From Candidatus Zixiibacteriota bacterium (GTDB lineage Bacteria; Zixibacteria; MSB-5A5; GN15; FEB-12): a stretch of DNA of 64,000 nt. The stretch is taken from positions 50,553 through 114,552 of the forward strand of contig JAJRQO010000012.1 of NCBI GenBank assembly GCA_024280215.1, in the 5' to 3' direction. Below the pieces are notes generated by a model that made no database searches, was not told the origin of the DNA, and was given only the letters and a program-made list of their open reading frames with translations. Below are positions 36,686-46,442 of the stretch, piece after piece (positions within the stretch are counted from its first letter, which is position 1; every line of letters begins with the position of its first letter). The position numbers and the translations under genes are program-made.

Positions 36686-38356
36686 ATGTCACAAAACCTT
36701 AGATTTAATATTGCTGATGAACGTTTAAAATACACTGGTCAGAAAAAAGAATTTTCGCTCAACGAAGATAGAATCATTGAATTTAACCATCGACATATGT
36801 CGGTCTTAAAAAGTTATAACCTCCAGCTTACTTCATGTTCTATCATTACCTTAGCAGATGAAATAAATAATAAGTCAAATCTTGGTGCATTGCGTAACCG
36901 TCAGCTCAGGCAGTCGGTTATACTTTCGGCGGCATTCTCCGCAATCGCAGTTGGTATGAAAGGGCGTGGCAAACTTCACGACTATCCCGTTGAACAGCAT
37001 GACAACAAATTAAAAAATAAATTAAAACGAGCCAATGACCGTACTGCTGCACAAGTAATGGCAGAAGTTTTACAGACGACGACAAAAACTCTCCCAATGG
37101 GTGAGGATGTATTAATCGAGTCAGCAATCACCGAAGGTGCCAGAATGAAACCTGGTAAAGAAGCGGGCGGTAACCCGACTATTGCGGTTGGTGCTGTATT
37201 TGGAAAAGAAGAACACCGAGCCCAATACGGACTCAACATGCCAACAAATGTTACCTTGCTTTCGATGGGGAACGATGTAATCGACGGTACGACAAAATCC
37301 ATAACAGGAACACATTCATCATTTACAGCTCTATTTGTCACAGAAGCAAATATCAAACGACATTTACCAGACATCTATGTCCAACGCTGGTTGTCAGGTT
37401 CATATTTTGAAAAATTTAATCCTCGTGAAGTTGATGTTATTGAGTCGGCGGAAATTATGGCAAAATCCTATGGCATGAAAAACCTTTCTGAACTCAGTAC
37501 ATTTTTCTTGGACCGCCCAAGGCATCATCCTGCAATGGATGCTCTTAATGCTGCGGGAGTATCGACACCATTTGATATAGATGGTGATCTTATGCCAGGG
37601 ATTCTCTTAGGTCTTAAAGGATTACAATTCCCAGACAAACGAGGTCTCGATACAATGATTGGTGAAATCGGTGGTTCTGCTGAATGGGCTGTTGGGGCAC
37701 TTCCTCTCGTATGGCGTGGTGGGCAAGCACTCGGCATGTTAACATCGCAGTCATCACTAACTCGCGAAGGTTGTACAGCTGATGAACTTTGGAAAAATCG
37801 GTTCCATTTCACTGAAGAAGAATTTATGCAAATCCAAGATGCTCGTTTTGAACGGAAACCTTATTTTACTATTGAAGATATCGTCGACGACCCATTTGCT
37901 GGAGGTATCGCTGCCTTTGGTGCGATTACCGATAATTTCTATCTGCCATTTATCAAAGGCGTTGATGCCAATAAAGATAAAAACGAAGTTAAAGTTTCTG
38001 TGCTCACAGTCAATTCACTCGGTGTTGTACAATGTTGGGATATGACATTTAAAGGGAAAGATTCTCTTGAATCATCGCTCCAAAAAATGCTCTCTCCAAA
38101 AGAACAGTTAAATAGCTTAACAGGTGACAAACTTGAATCTGCTATCGGTGCAATGCTTGATGATGAAGTTGCTCGAGAACGGTATCATCTATTCTTCAAC
38201 AATGAATACTACCCTGCTCTTATTCCTGTCCGTCATCAAATGTTTGTTCTGCATCAAGCGGTCAAAGGGCTGATAGAACGTGGTGCTCTAAACCAACAAG
38301 ATCAGGAAATTGTTGACATTACCGAACGACTTGCACCTCATTGGTTCACGACATAA
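36686..38356 (+). CDS. Divergent, extended member of the GlpX (class II fructose-1,6-bisphosphatase) fold family
   Basis: By eye it aligns with E. coli GlpX blocks as I recall them. LLSMGNDVIDGTTKS matches AVDPIEGT. LPDIYVQRWL matches APDMYMEKL. LSELSTFFLDRPRHHPAMDALNAAGV..FDIDGDLMPGIL matches LSELTVTILAKPRH...GVRV..IPDGDVAASIL. GEIGGSAEWAVGA matches GIGGAPEGVVSA. It is 556 aa long; as I recall, GlpX enzymes are roughly 320-340 aa. Confidence 0.65.
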   Translation: MSQNLRFNIADERLKYTGQKKEFSLNEDRIIEFNHRHMSVLKSYNLQLTSCSIITLADEINNKSNLGALRNRQLRQSVILSAAFSAIAVGMKGRGKLHDYPVEQHDNKLKNKLKRANDRTAAQVMAEVLQTTTKTLPMGEDVLIESAITEGARMKPGKEAGGNPTIAVGAVFGKEEHRAQYGLNMPTNVTLLSMGNDVIDGTTKSITGTHSSFTALFVTEANIKRHLPDIYVQRWLSGSYFEKFNPREVDVIESAEIMAKSYGMKNLSELSTFFLDRPRHHPAMDALNAAGVSTPFDIDGDLMPGILLGLKGLQFPDKRGLDTMIGEIGGSAEWAVGALPLVWRGGQALGMLTSQSSLTREGCTADELWKNRFHFTEEEFMQIQDARFERKPYFTIEDIVDDPFAGGIAAFGAITDNFYLPFIKGVDANKDKNEVKVSVLTVNSLGVVQCWDMTFKGKDSLESSLQKMLSPKEQLNSLTGDKLESAIGAMLDDEVARERYHLFFNNEYYPALIPVRHQMFVLHQAVKGLIERGALNQQDQEIVDITERLAPHWFTT

Positions 38357-38374
38357 ATCTGTTGTACGTTTCAG

Positions 38375-39115
38375 ATGAATATTATAATTTTATTTGAGAA
38401 TGAAAAACAAGATGATGGTTCCTATCATCTGTCAGGCTTTCGTGCCGAACATATCCGTGCAGTTTTAAAATCTGATGTTAATGACATTCTCGAAATCGGT
38501 ATCCTCAATGGTAAAAGTGGCGTAGCCTCGATAACTTCAATTTCAAAAGATAAAGTCGTCTTATCTAATCTACAGCTTGAAGAATCTACATCAGACAACA
38601 TTACCATCGACATAATCGTCGCTCTCCCTCGTCCACAGACAATTAAAAAAGTTTTGTTTACATCAGCAATGATGGGAGTACGAAATATCTTTTTTATAAA
38701 AAGTAATCGGGTCGAGAAATCATTTTTTCATTCGGTTGTTTTGGAAGAAGAACAATTACAAAGACATCTTATCGACGGACTCCAACAAGGTAAGAGAACT
38801 CAGATGCCTAATGTTTCGATTCATGACAAATTCAATCCTTTTATACAAGACTGGCGGTGCCAGTTTTATAAAGATCGAGACGAGAAACCTGTTTGTTTGT
38901 TGCCTGACTTAGATGTTGAGCAAACACTTGTTAATGTCTTAGGTAAAAAAGATAAGCACCTGCTTGTTGCTATTGGTCCTGAAGGCGGATGGGTTCCATT
39001 TGAGACGGAGATGATGACTTCTCTTGGTTTCGACAAATTCAAACTCGGCGATTGGACGTTACGAGTCGAACATGCCCTAACTGCATGCCTCGCACAGATT
39101 GAGTTGCTGAAGTAG
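38375..39115 (+). CDS. rsmE: 16S rRNA (uracil1498-N3)-methyltransferase
   Basis: HIRAVLK near the N-terminus, and VAIGPEGGWVPFE followed by LG...LR.E.A in the C-terminal SPOUT knot region. Confidence 0.85.
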   Translation: MNIIILFENEKQDDGSYHLSGFRAEHIRAVLKSDVNDILEIGILNGKSGVASITSISKDKVVLSNLQLEESTSDNITIDIIVALPRPQTIKKVLFTSAMMGVRNIFFIKSNRVEKSFFHSVVLEEEQLQRHLIDGLQQGKRTQMPNVSIHDKFNPFIQDWRCQFYKDRDEKPVCLLPDLDVEQTLVNVLGKKDKHLLVAIGPEGGWVPFETEMMTSLGFDKFKLGDWTLRVEHALTACLAQIELLK

Positions 39116-39188
39116 AGTTTTGTAAGGTTGAAGTATATTTAACTTTATATGTTTATATTAATAATCATCTGACAAATATTCTTCATTA

Positions 39189-40919
39189 TTATTCTATTGT
39201 ACATGTTTTAAAAGCTTCTCCTATCTTCTCAACTGCCGTGTTCTTCGAGTCAATAAACCTATAAAATTCGGCTCCAATATCATATTTTCCCATAGGTGTC
39301 TGAACTTTTGGAATTTTAACATCCACAATATAATATCCTCCTGAATATTTTGATTTTATCTCAAAACTCTTAAGAAAGTTATTTCCATACATTGAAGTTA
39401 CATGTTCTTTTGTCGGATATATTTTTTCTTCTATCTTTATACTATCTGCCCATTCCCATGTAAAGTTTTTGTCCAAAAGAACAATACCTTTATTTTCATT
39501 AGACGTCGTTAGAAATATATTAATAAAGCCGTTATAAACAGAGTCTTCAGGGCGTTTGATAAGTCCGTTGAAAGGGATAAATAACTGATAGTTTTCTCCT
39601 CCTTTAAGATTTCCTATATGAAATGAAGGAATTCCCGAAAACCCGATTCCCTGTACGTCCTTATTGAGAATTTCCAAAGGAGAATAACCAGGATTTAAAG
39701 TAATAAGGCTATCATGTCGAAGAGCTTTTATTCCGTTAGTAAGTATAACACTTACATTACAGCTATCATAGCTTTGAAAAGATTTAGTAATTACTCGTTT
39801 AATAAATCCTCCTTTTGTACTAACTTGGTCTTGAACATGAACCGTTTGATCAGCAAGCATGATTGAAGAGTTTTTTAATCCAGTAATCACATATCTCAAA
39901 TCAAATTCTGCAATACCTTTAGAATCAACAAATTCACTAACATCAGCAGAAACATCAATGACAATTCGGTTCCCATCCCAAATTCCATTATAAAATAATT
40001 GTTGAGCATTGGGGACAAGATTATTAATCCAGAGTGCATTACTATTTGGACACGGTAGTTTGACCAGCCCGATTTGAGAAATATCAAATGAATTTTCATA
40101 ATCTATGGGAATGTATACTTTTCTCTCTTCTTCTTTTAAAAGTAACTTTGATTCTACTGCTTCAATAAATTTTCCCCTGGGTGGTGGGAGACCTGCTCCT
40201 AAAGGATATTCAGGTGAATCAAATTTATCGTTTGAATCTATCCCCACGTAACTAACAAATAACTCAAAAGTATTTGGATTCTCTGTCGCCCTATATGTAA
40301 GTCCATTGCTCATTGATGTTGCTTCAATGTATTCTACCCCTCTTCTAATATCTTGAAAAGGTCCAGCTTCTACAATCTTCTCTCCCCATTCGTTCAAACC
40401 GATAACTTGTTCAAAACCCCCTAAACTCAAAACTTGTGGAAGAATAACCTGAGCAAGATGTTTGTAGATAAAATCGTTTGGTGTCTCCCTTATAAGTTTC
40501 ATATTTTCCGAAATAAATGCCCTCTCATAGATTTGTGCAACCCGAGTAGAATCGTCTATAAAATGAAGACTATTATTTTCATCTTTTGAGTTTAATTGAT
40601 TCAAATATGATTTTGCCTGCGAATCTGATTGTCCTTGAGCTTTTTTATTAAGCAAATAATACATAATTTGATTTAAAACTCGCCAATGATTTTTGGGATT
40701 AATCTTACTTTTTATGGCTTCGCTGTAAGAAAGACTTTTTTGATAATTAATATTCTGTTCTTCAGTTTTTTCAAATCCCCATCGTTTTCTCGCTTCATCA
40801 GGAACAAATCCATGATTGCAGCCCAAAAAGACATAACTTGCCACAAGAACCAAAATAAGCATAAAAATTTTATAAGGGTACGCTAAACTATTTCTTTTAA
40901 ATATTATATTTCCATCCAT
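39189..40919 (-). CDS. Large lipoprotein, function unknown
   Basis: 576-aa ORF with lipobox-like VFLGC. I recognise no domain. Confidence 0.6.
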   Translation of the reverse strand: MDGNIIFKRNSLAYPYKIFMLILVLVASYVFLGCNHGFVPDEARKRWGFEKTEEQNINYQKSLSYSEAIKSKINPKNHWRVLNQIMYYLLNKKAQGQSDSQAKSYLNQLNSKDENNSLHFIDDSTRVAQIYERAFISENMKLIRETPNDFIYKHLAQVILPQVLSLGGFEQVIGLNEWGEKIVEAGPFQDIRRGVEYIEATSMSNGLTYRATENPNTFELFVSYVGIDSNDKFDSPEYPLGAGLPPPRGKFIEAVESKLLLKEEERKVYIPIDYENSFDISQIGLVKLPCPNSNALWINNLVPNAQQLFYNGIWDGNRIVIDVSADVSEFVDSKGIAEFDLRYVITGLKNSSIMLADQTVHVQDQVSTKGGFIKRVITKSFQSYDSCNVSVILTNGIKALRHDSLITLNPGYSPLEILNKDVQGIGFSGIPSFHIGNLKGGENYQLFIPFNGLIKRPEDSVYNGFINIFLTTSNENKGIVLLDKNFTWEWADSIKIEEKIYPTKEHVTSMYGNNFLKSFEIKSKYSGGYYIVDVKIPKVQTPMGKYDIGAEFYRFIDSKNTAVEKIGEAFKTCTIE

Positions 40920-41177
40920 GTTTTATAGACGAACTATTTGAACTTTTTGTCAAATATAAAAAATATCCAATTTTGATGAATTATACTTTGTATGTTGCTA
41001 TCAAAATAAAATAGGTGAAACTTATTTTGTAAAAAAGAGTTACATACAATAACTGTTTTAATATGGAACAGTTAAGCAGATGAAAAGAGCTTGTTTTATC
41101 AATTAAAAGCTCTTAATTTGCAAGGGTAAGCAGGAAAATAGAAAAAATAGAGTTGAAATAAAAAATTTCCCACACAG

Positions 41178-41206
41178 GGAACTTCCTGACTGGCTATACT
41201 GTTTGA
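41178..41206 (+). promoter_or_regulatory. Candidate ECF-type promoter (GGAACTT-N16-GTTTGA) upstream of the ECF sigma gene
   Basis: The -35 element GGAACTT is read directly from the sequence. The -10 part is weak. Confidence 0.25.
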
Positions 41207-41250
41207 AATAGTAGACTTTATATAGCCGGTCAATTTCAGAAAGAACAAAA

Positions 41251-41835
41251 ATGGCCGAGCAGAATGCTGAAGCAATAAAAAAGAGAAAAGAATTTGAGGT
41301 ACAAGCACTACCTCATATGGATGCTCTCTATCGAACTGCTCTTCGGATGACCAAGAATGAAAAAGATGCCGAAGATTTGGTTCAGGAAGCATTGGTCAAA
41401 GCGTATCGCTACTGGGACAAATTTGACTCAGGTACCAACTGTCGTGCTTGGTTATTTAAAATTATGACCAATATCTTTATCAATGATTATCGTTCTAAAT
41501 CACGTTCTCCGATGGCGGTAAACATGGATGATATTGATGAAAACTTCTTGTACGGACAGCTTGCGGTAGGTTCTAAAGGTTCAAATCCTGAAAAGGATTT
41601 GTTTAATAAGATATTTGATGATGATGTAAAAAAAGCAATTGAGACTTTACCTGATGATTTTAGACTTGTTGTTGTTCTTTCATTTTTAGAAGACTTCACC
41701 TATCAGGAAATTGCCGACATCACAGATTTGCAATTAGGAACGGTAAAATCACGGTTACACCGTGGCAGAAAACTGTTACAAAAGGAATTATTTGAATACG
41801 CCATTAAAAATGGTTATGTCAAGGATAAGGTATAA
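41251..41835 (+). CDS. ECF (group 4) RNA polymerase sigma factor
   Basis: Region 2 (DAEDLVQEALVKAYRYWDKF) and region 4 (FTYQEIADITDLQLGTVKSRLHRGR). Confidence 0.9.
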   Translation: MAEQNAEAIKKRKEFEVQALPHMDALYRTALRMTKNEKDAEDLVQEALVKAYRYWDKFDSGTNCRAWLFKIMTNIFINDYRSKSRSPMAVNMDDIDENFLYGQLAVGSKGSNPEKDLFNKIFDDDVKKAIETLPDDFRLVVVLSFLEDFTYQEIADITDLQLGTVKSRLHRGRKLLQKELFEYAIKNGYVKDKV

Positions 41836-42641
41836 TGATCGACTGCCAACAAGCATTTGCTTTACTACAAGAAATCTTAGATAAAGAAGCTTCTCAGATA
41901 GACGAAAAAGAAGTTCGAGCTCATTTGGAAAAATGCGGTCATTGTTTTGAAACATTCCGTCTGGAAGAATCTATTCAAGAATTTCTCAATGAAAAAATTA
42001 AATTGACTGCCACCAATGACTCACAACCTGACCATCTCGAATCAATGCGACTTAATTTGATGAGTCAACTTGACAAAATTGATGCGGAATGTTCCGAAAA
42101 GAAAATTTCTTCCTTTGGCTCATCATTTAAAATATTTTTAGCAACTGCTGCTTTAGTTGTCCTCGCAGGAATTGGATATCTTTCAGCAGAGTTCTTCCGT
42201 CATGGTGAACATTATATGCCACTTGAAGAAGCTCATTGGGCTGTTACTGAAACGATCGCACCTTATTTCAGTAATTTTGATAAGGAAGCATACGTAGAAT
42301 CTATTGAAGCAAAAATGAATTACAGCTTAATAACAACATTTGCTGATTATTCTATTGTTGGAGCAAAACAAGAAAAAATTATGAACTCGGATTTTGAACA
42401 TATTGTTTTCTCAAACAACAAAGAATATCTTTCGGTTTTTATATCAAATAGTGATAAGATTGAAATCCCCGATGATGTCAAATCAGCAATGGTCAAAAAT
42501 GGTGACATTACATTATACGACCATAACTGTCGAGGTTGTCGATTAGTATATCATAAAATCGGTTCACTAATGATTATTACTGCATCTACCAGCAAAGATT
42601 TAGACTTAACCCAGTTTATACCAGGACATCTCACTATCTAA
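41835..42641 (+). CDS. Anti-sigma factor (zf-HC2 type) with one TM helix and a periplasmic domain
   Basis: Start/stop overlap with the sigma gene. It has an HLEKCGHCFETF zinc-binding anti-sigma motif and a TM helix FLATAALVVLAGIGYL. Confidence 0.75.
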   Translation: MIDCQQAFALLQEILDKEASQIDEKEVRAHLEKCGHCFETFRLEESIQEFLNEKIKLTATNDSQPDHLESMRLNLMSQLDKIDAECSEKKISSFGSSFKIFLATAALVVLAGIGYLSAEFFRHGEHYMPLEEAHWAVTETIAPYFSNFDKEAYVESIEAKMNYSLITTFADYSIVGAKQEKIMNSDFEHIVFSNNKEYLSVFISNSDKIEIPDDVKSAMVKNGDITLYDHNCRGCRLVYHKIGSLMIITASTSKDLDLTQFIPGHLTI

Positions 42642-42687
42642 GTTTTTAATATTGCGAGATAAGCTTAAACTGTGTACTCTTATTTTT

Positions 42688-43749
42688 ATGATGAGACACA
42701 GTTTTTTTTATACAAAAAAATCCGCAAAGACAGTATCAATTTTACTGTTTTTTGCTCTTACTATTTTAATTTGTCAAAAGAGTACAGCATCTGAAAATTA
42801 TCTTACTGAAAGAAGAGCTTATCTTGTTAGAACAATTCAAAGGCATATATATAACGACAACTATACTCAGGCATACCAAATAGCTGATTCACTCCTTGCA
42901 ATAGACGCCGATGACCCATTAGGGTATCTTTTTCAAGCAGCCGTTTATTTAGGTGAGATGACAAATGCCGAACAAAATCTTTTTCCTATTTCATTTAACC
43001 AAATGATTGATACAACTATCATGATTGGCCAACAAAATATTTTACACGTTGATTCAACAACTGCAGCTTGGAACTTTCTCGCGATAGGGCATGCTCATGC
43101 CTATCGTTCACTCTATGAATCTCGCTTTGGCTCTTTGACGTCAGCTTTAAAACATGGCTTTAGTGCTAAGTCGGCATATCATGATGGTCTGAAATATGAT
43201 AGTACTGTGTACGATTTATATGGTGGCTTAGGCATGTACCACTATTGGAAAACTGTCAAGGCGGGGTTTCTCAGATGGGTCGGTATTTTTAAAGATGACA
43301 AACAAAAAGGGATTGAAGAATTGTACCTCACAATTGACTCATCGGAAGTTTCAGCAGATGCAGCATGGTCGTCACTTATATGGATAAGTCTTGAAGAAAA
43401 ACAATTTGATACCGCAACGACTATTGCTACAAAGATGTATCAAAAATATCCTGAAGGGACTACATTTTTATGGGCATTGGGAAAAATTTATTTCCAATCA
43501 AAACAGTATGACAAATCTATTGAAGTATTTAGTTTGCTTTATGATAAATTGATGGTAACTCGGACAAATTATTTTAATATTATTGAATGTGAATTTTATA
43601 TTTATCAAGCTTATAAAATATTAGGAGAAGAGGTTTTAGCAAAAGAGACTGCCAAAAGGTTTATGTACTATGTCAACGATGCTCCAATGGAAATACGAAA
43701 AAAACAAAAAGATAAAATTAAAAAATTGGTAAAAGCTGCGACCAACTAA
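42688..43749 (+). CDS. Secreted helical-repeat (TPR-like) protein, third gene of the ECF module
   Basis: Signal peptide and alpha-helical repeat character. The start is ambiguous: the ORF track uses a TTG at 42652, and I prefer the ATGATG at 42688. Confidence 0.5.
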   Translation: MMRHSFFYTKKSAKTVSILLFFALTILICQKSTASENYLTERRAYLVRTIQRHIYNDNYTQAYQIADSLLAIDADDPLGYLFQAAVYLGEMTNAEQNLFPISFNQMIDTTIMIGQQNILHVDSTTAAWNFLAIGHAHAYRSLYESRFGSLTSALKHGFSAKSAYHDGLKYDSTVYDLYGGLGMYHYWKTVKAGFLRWVGIFKDDKQKGIEELYLTIDSSEVSADAAWSSLIWISLEEKQFDTATTIATKMYQKYPEGTTFLWALGKIYFQSKQYDKSIEVFSLLYDKLMVTRTNYFNIIECEFYIYQAYKILGEEVLAKETAKRFMYYVNDAPMEIRKKQKDKIKKLVKAATN

Positions 43750-45893
43750 GCATTCAAATTAATCTGCTTCGATTCATCAAGTAGACGACAACCTTCCATA
43801 AGAATCGATTCGTTTGGAAGATCATTATTTGGTTCAGGAAGATCAGCTTGATTGACTGATTCTATCTGCCAACTTCCAGTTTTCCATCCAATAGCATGAT
43901 AGGCAGCATCAGCACCTTTCTTTTCTTCATAGGTAGCATAAATAATTTTACCCTTTTCAAAATAAATTAGTAACTCGTTATCAGAATTATTATCTAACAC
44001 AACTGAAAGTCTCGCAGTACGATTACTTCCACCCATCATCTGGATGATATCGATAATATCTATATCAGATAACAGTCCATGTGTGTTTTGAGAGTTGTCT
44101 GATTTTTCCTTCTCAAGAGAAGACTCATCAAGTTCTACTTGAATTTTACGAATCTTCGCAATCAAAAACTCTAAATTAGAATCAAGTGATATAATATCTT
44201 CAACACCAAGGGTAAAGAGTGACGACAACTTCGAGGTTGCGTTAGCTTGTACTAAAATAAATGTCGGAGTGTTTCTAAAATTCAATCCAAGGGTTGCAAG
44301 TTTTGTTACATGATTTTTTACTTCATCAACAGAACAATCAAGGCAGAGCAAAATAAAATCAGGTTTACTCCGTTTGTATAATTCCATTAACGCTGCAGAA
44401 GACTTCTCTACTATAACTCTAAAATGTTCTAATTTAAAGCGATCTTCGATTTTTTCAGCCACCGAACTATTGGTATGGTAGACCATAATTTGATTATAGT
44501 TTGACTCTTGAGTTTCTTCCATAATCTCATCTTTTATCATTTCTATAAAAGCGTCAGCAACTTCACTTAAAAATAAATCACCAGTGAGATCTTTAATTTT
44601 TGTTTGTATCAAGTCAAATTTATCAAATGACAACCGCTCTTTATTGCTAATATGTTGACAAAACAAATCACAAATCGTAATAATATTGCCACCAAGTGCT
44701 TCTATAGGAAGACGCTTTGTATATTTTTTCTTTAAGTCGATATACATTGATTTCAGCATTTCAATGATAACTGGAGAAAAATTTAATGAACTAAGAAGTT
44801 TTATAGTTTTATTAATCTGCGTTTTAATATCATCAGGAGATTGTTTTTCTGTCTTATAATAATATTTTGAAATATCATGAATATAAGCAGCATTAATTAT
44901 CGTCATCCTATCTTTATAAGGCAGGTTTATCTTGTTGCAAAGATTTTTCACATACTGTCCAACAATTGCATTGTGATTAAACTCTAAATTTTCTTTTTCT
45001 GTCAGAAGCGATGTAAAAAGATCTAAGTTATTGATAAGCATTTCTGTTCTTATCTTAACTTCAGATTCATTAAGAAACAATGATGTCACTGAATCATAGT
45101 ATCGAACTTTTGTTTTTGGAGAGTTCTTTCTCAACCTATCAATTAAATCAATATAATCTCCCGCCACGGTATCAGAGATATAGACAGAATGATATATTTC
45201 ATGCTGTAAGACATCAATAGCATCATCGGCAGTCTCTTTAACAATTACTTTATAATTATCCGATTCAAATAATTTCACTAACAATGGTTTTGTTGTCGGA
45301 TCATCGGAAACCAAAAGAATTACTTCTTTATTATCAGCAGGTAAAACTGTTCTGCTACTTTGTTCCAAGACCATTTGTTTTTGTAAATATTCATCATACA
45401 CTTTTGGCAACTCTAAAAGATAGTTATCTAAATCATCAATATTATAATCAAGATAATATTTGGCAATTGTAGTATTTAAAACTAAGTCAGCTGAGAGAAA
45501 CAACTCGATATTTTGATTCTTTGTCACAAACTGCAATTCCATTTTTAAATCATCATCACTTGGATCTTCACAGGCAAACTTAATAATATCATTATTCACA
45601 TCATAGGCGAACGGTATAACTTTACGAGCAACAGCAAACTTTGCTGGAATCAGTTTGAGAATAATCTCAGGGATAGCGAGGTTGGTTAAAATAACAGCTC
45701 TGCAATTGAGCTGTTTCGCTAATGCTTTTACCAAACCAGTTTCATTGATGAATCCGTTATAAAGAAGCTGAGATCCAAATTTCCCACCCCGCTCCTTCTG
45801 ATTTTGAAGTGCAGTTTTTACCTGCTCTTCTGTTATAAGCCCCTCATACATCAATATTTGGTCTAATCGTAATTTTTTACTCGAATCGCTCAT
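43746..45893 (-). CDS. Multidomain signalling protein: MshEN (T2SSE_N) + receiver-like + HD-like + receiver-like + DUF4388
   Basis: The N-terminus carries two copies of the 24-residue MshEN motif (RLDQILMYEGLITEEQVKTALQNQ and KFGSQLLYNGFINETGLVKALAKQ). The central part has AAYIHDISKYY. The C-terminus, LSDIDIIDIIQMMGGSNRTARLSV...IYFEKGKIIYA...GADAAYHAIGW, is DUF4388-like. Confidence 0.75.
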   Translation of the reverse strand: MSDSSKKLRLDQILMYEGLITEEQVKTALQNQKERGGKFGSQLLYNGFINETGLVKALAKQLNCRAVILTNLAIPEIILKLIPAKFAVARKVIPFAYDVNNDIIKFACEDPSDDDLKMELQFVTKNQNIELFLSADLVLNTTIAKYYLDYNIDDLDNYLLELPKVYDEYLQKQMVLEQSSRTVLPADNKEVILLVSDDPTTKPLLVKLFESDNYKVIVKETADDAIDVLQHEIYHSVYISDTVAGDYIDLIDRLRKNSPKTKVRYYDSVTSLFLNESEVKIRTEMLINNLDLFTSLLTEKENLEFNHNAIVGQYVKNLCNKINLPYKDRMTIINAAYIHDISKYYYKTEKQSPDDIKTQINKTIKLLSSLNFSPVIIEMLKSMYIDLKKKYTKRLPIEALGGNIITICDLFCQHISNKERLSFDKFDLIQTKIKDLTGDLFLSEVADAFIEMIKDEIMEETQESNYNQIMVYHTNSSVAEKIEDRFKLEHFRVIVEKSSAALMELYKRSKPDFILLCLDCSVDEVKNHVTKLATLGLNFRNTPTFILVQANATSKLSSLFTLGVEDIISLDSNLEFLIAKIRKIQVELDESSLEKEKSDNSQNTHGLLSDIDIIDIIQMMGGSNRTARLSVVLDNNSDNELLIYFEKGKIIYATYEEKKGADAAYHAIGWKTGSWQIESVNQADLPEPNNDLPNESILMEGCRLLDESKQINLNA

Positions 45894-46073
45894 TTTTCTT
45901 TCTTTTCTGGTGGTAATCTATATAGATTCTCTATCGGAATTTTCACTAAAAGACTTGACCCGCAAACGATTATAAATTGTTGTGCAAATTTTGAACAGTT
46001 AAGTTTTTGATAATAAATTGAGCTAAAATCTGTTTTTAGTTGTTTTCAATGCAAGAGAAATTTATATAGAAAG

Positions 46074-46439
46074 ATGCCACGGAGAATCAAAAATAATAAG
46101 TCGATTTTTACGCCAATCACGGATAATTTTCTCAAAAAAATATCCACAACTGACAAAAGAGTCAGACGTAAATTTGTCAAATATGGATTTTGCCTGATTG
46201 GGCTCTTTTTTGTCTATTCCCTCCTAAGTTCAACTTATGGAATCAAACGAATGATTACATTAAAACTTGAAAAAAACACTCTTATTGACCTCAATCGTCA
46301 GGAATTTGTCAAATTAGTTGATGGACAAAATATGAAAAACCTACTGCTACATGACGACGATTATATCGAATATATCGCCCGCACCCGCTATCACATGGTC
46401 TATCCCGGAGAGACAATCTACCGCTATCAAGGTCAATAA
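46074..46439 (+). CDS. Septum formation initiator family protein (FtsB/DivIC-like)
   Basis: Single TM helix, a coiled-coil segment, and the C-terminal DDYIEYIARTRYHMVYPGE pattern of the family. Confidence 0.7.
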   Translation: MPRRIKNNKSIFTPITDNFLKKISTTDKRVRRKFVKYGFCLIGLFFVYSLLSSTYGIKRMITLKLEKNTLIDLNRQEFVKLVDGQNMKNLLLHDDDYIEYIARTRYHMVYPGETIYRYQGQ

Positions 46440-46442
46440 ATC

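Noticed and set aside
41099-41392. 97-aa minus-strand ORF overlapping the ECF sigma start
   Set aside because: It overlaps a well-supported sigma factor gene and its promoter region. It has no SD and no recognisable features.
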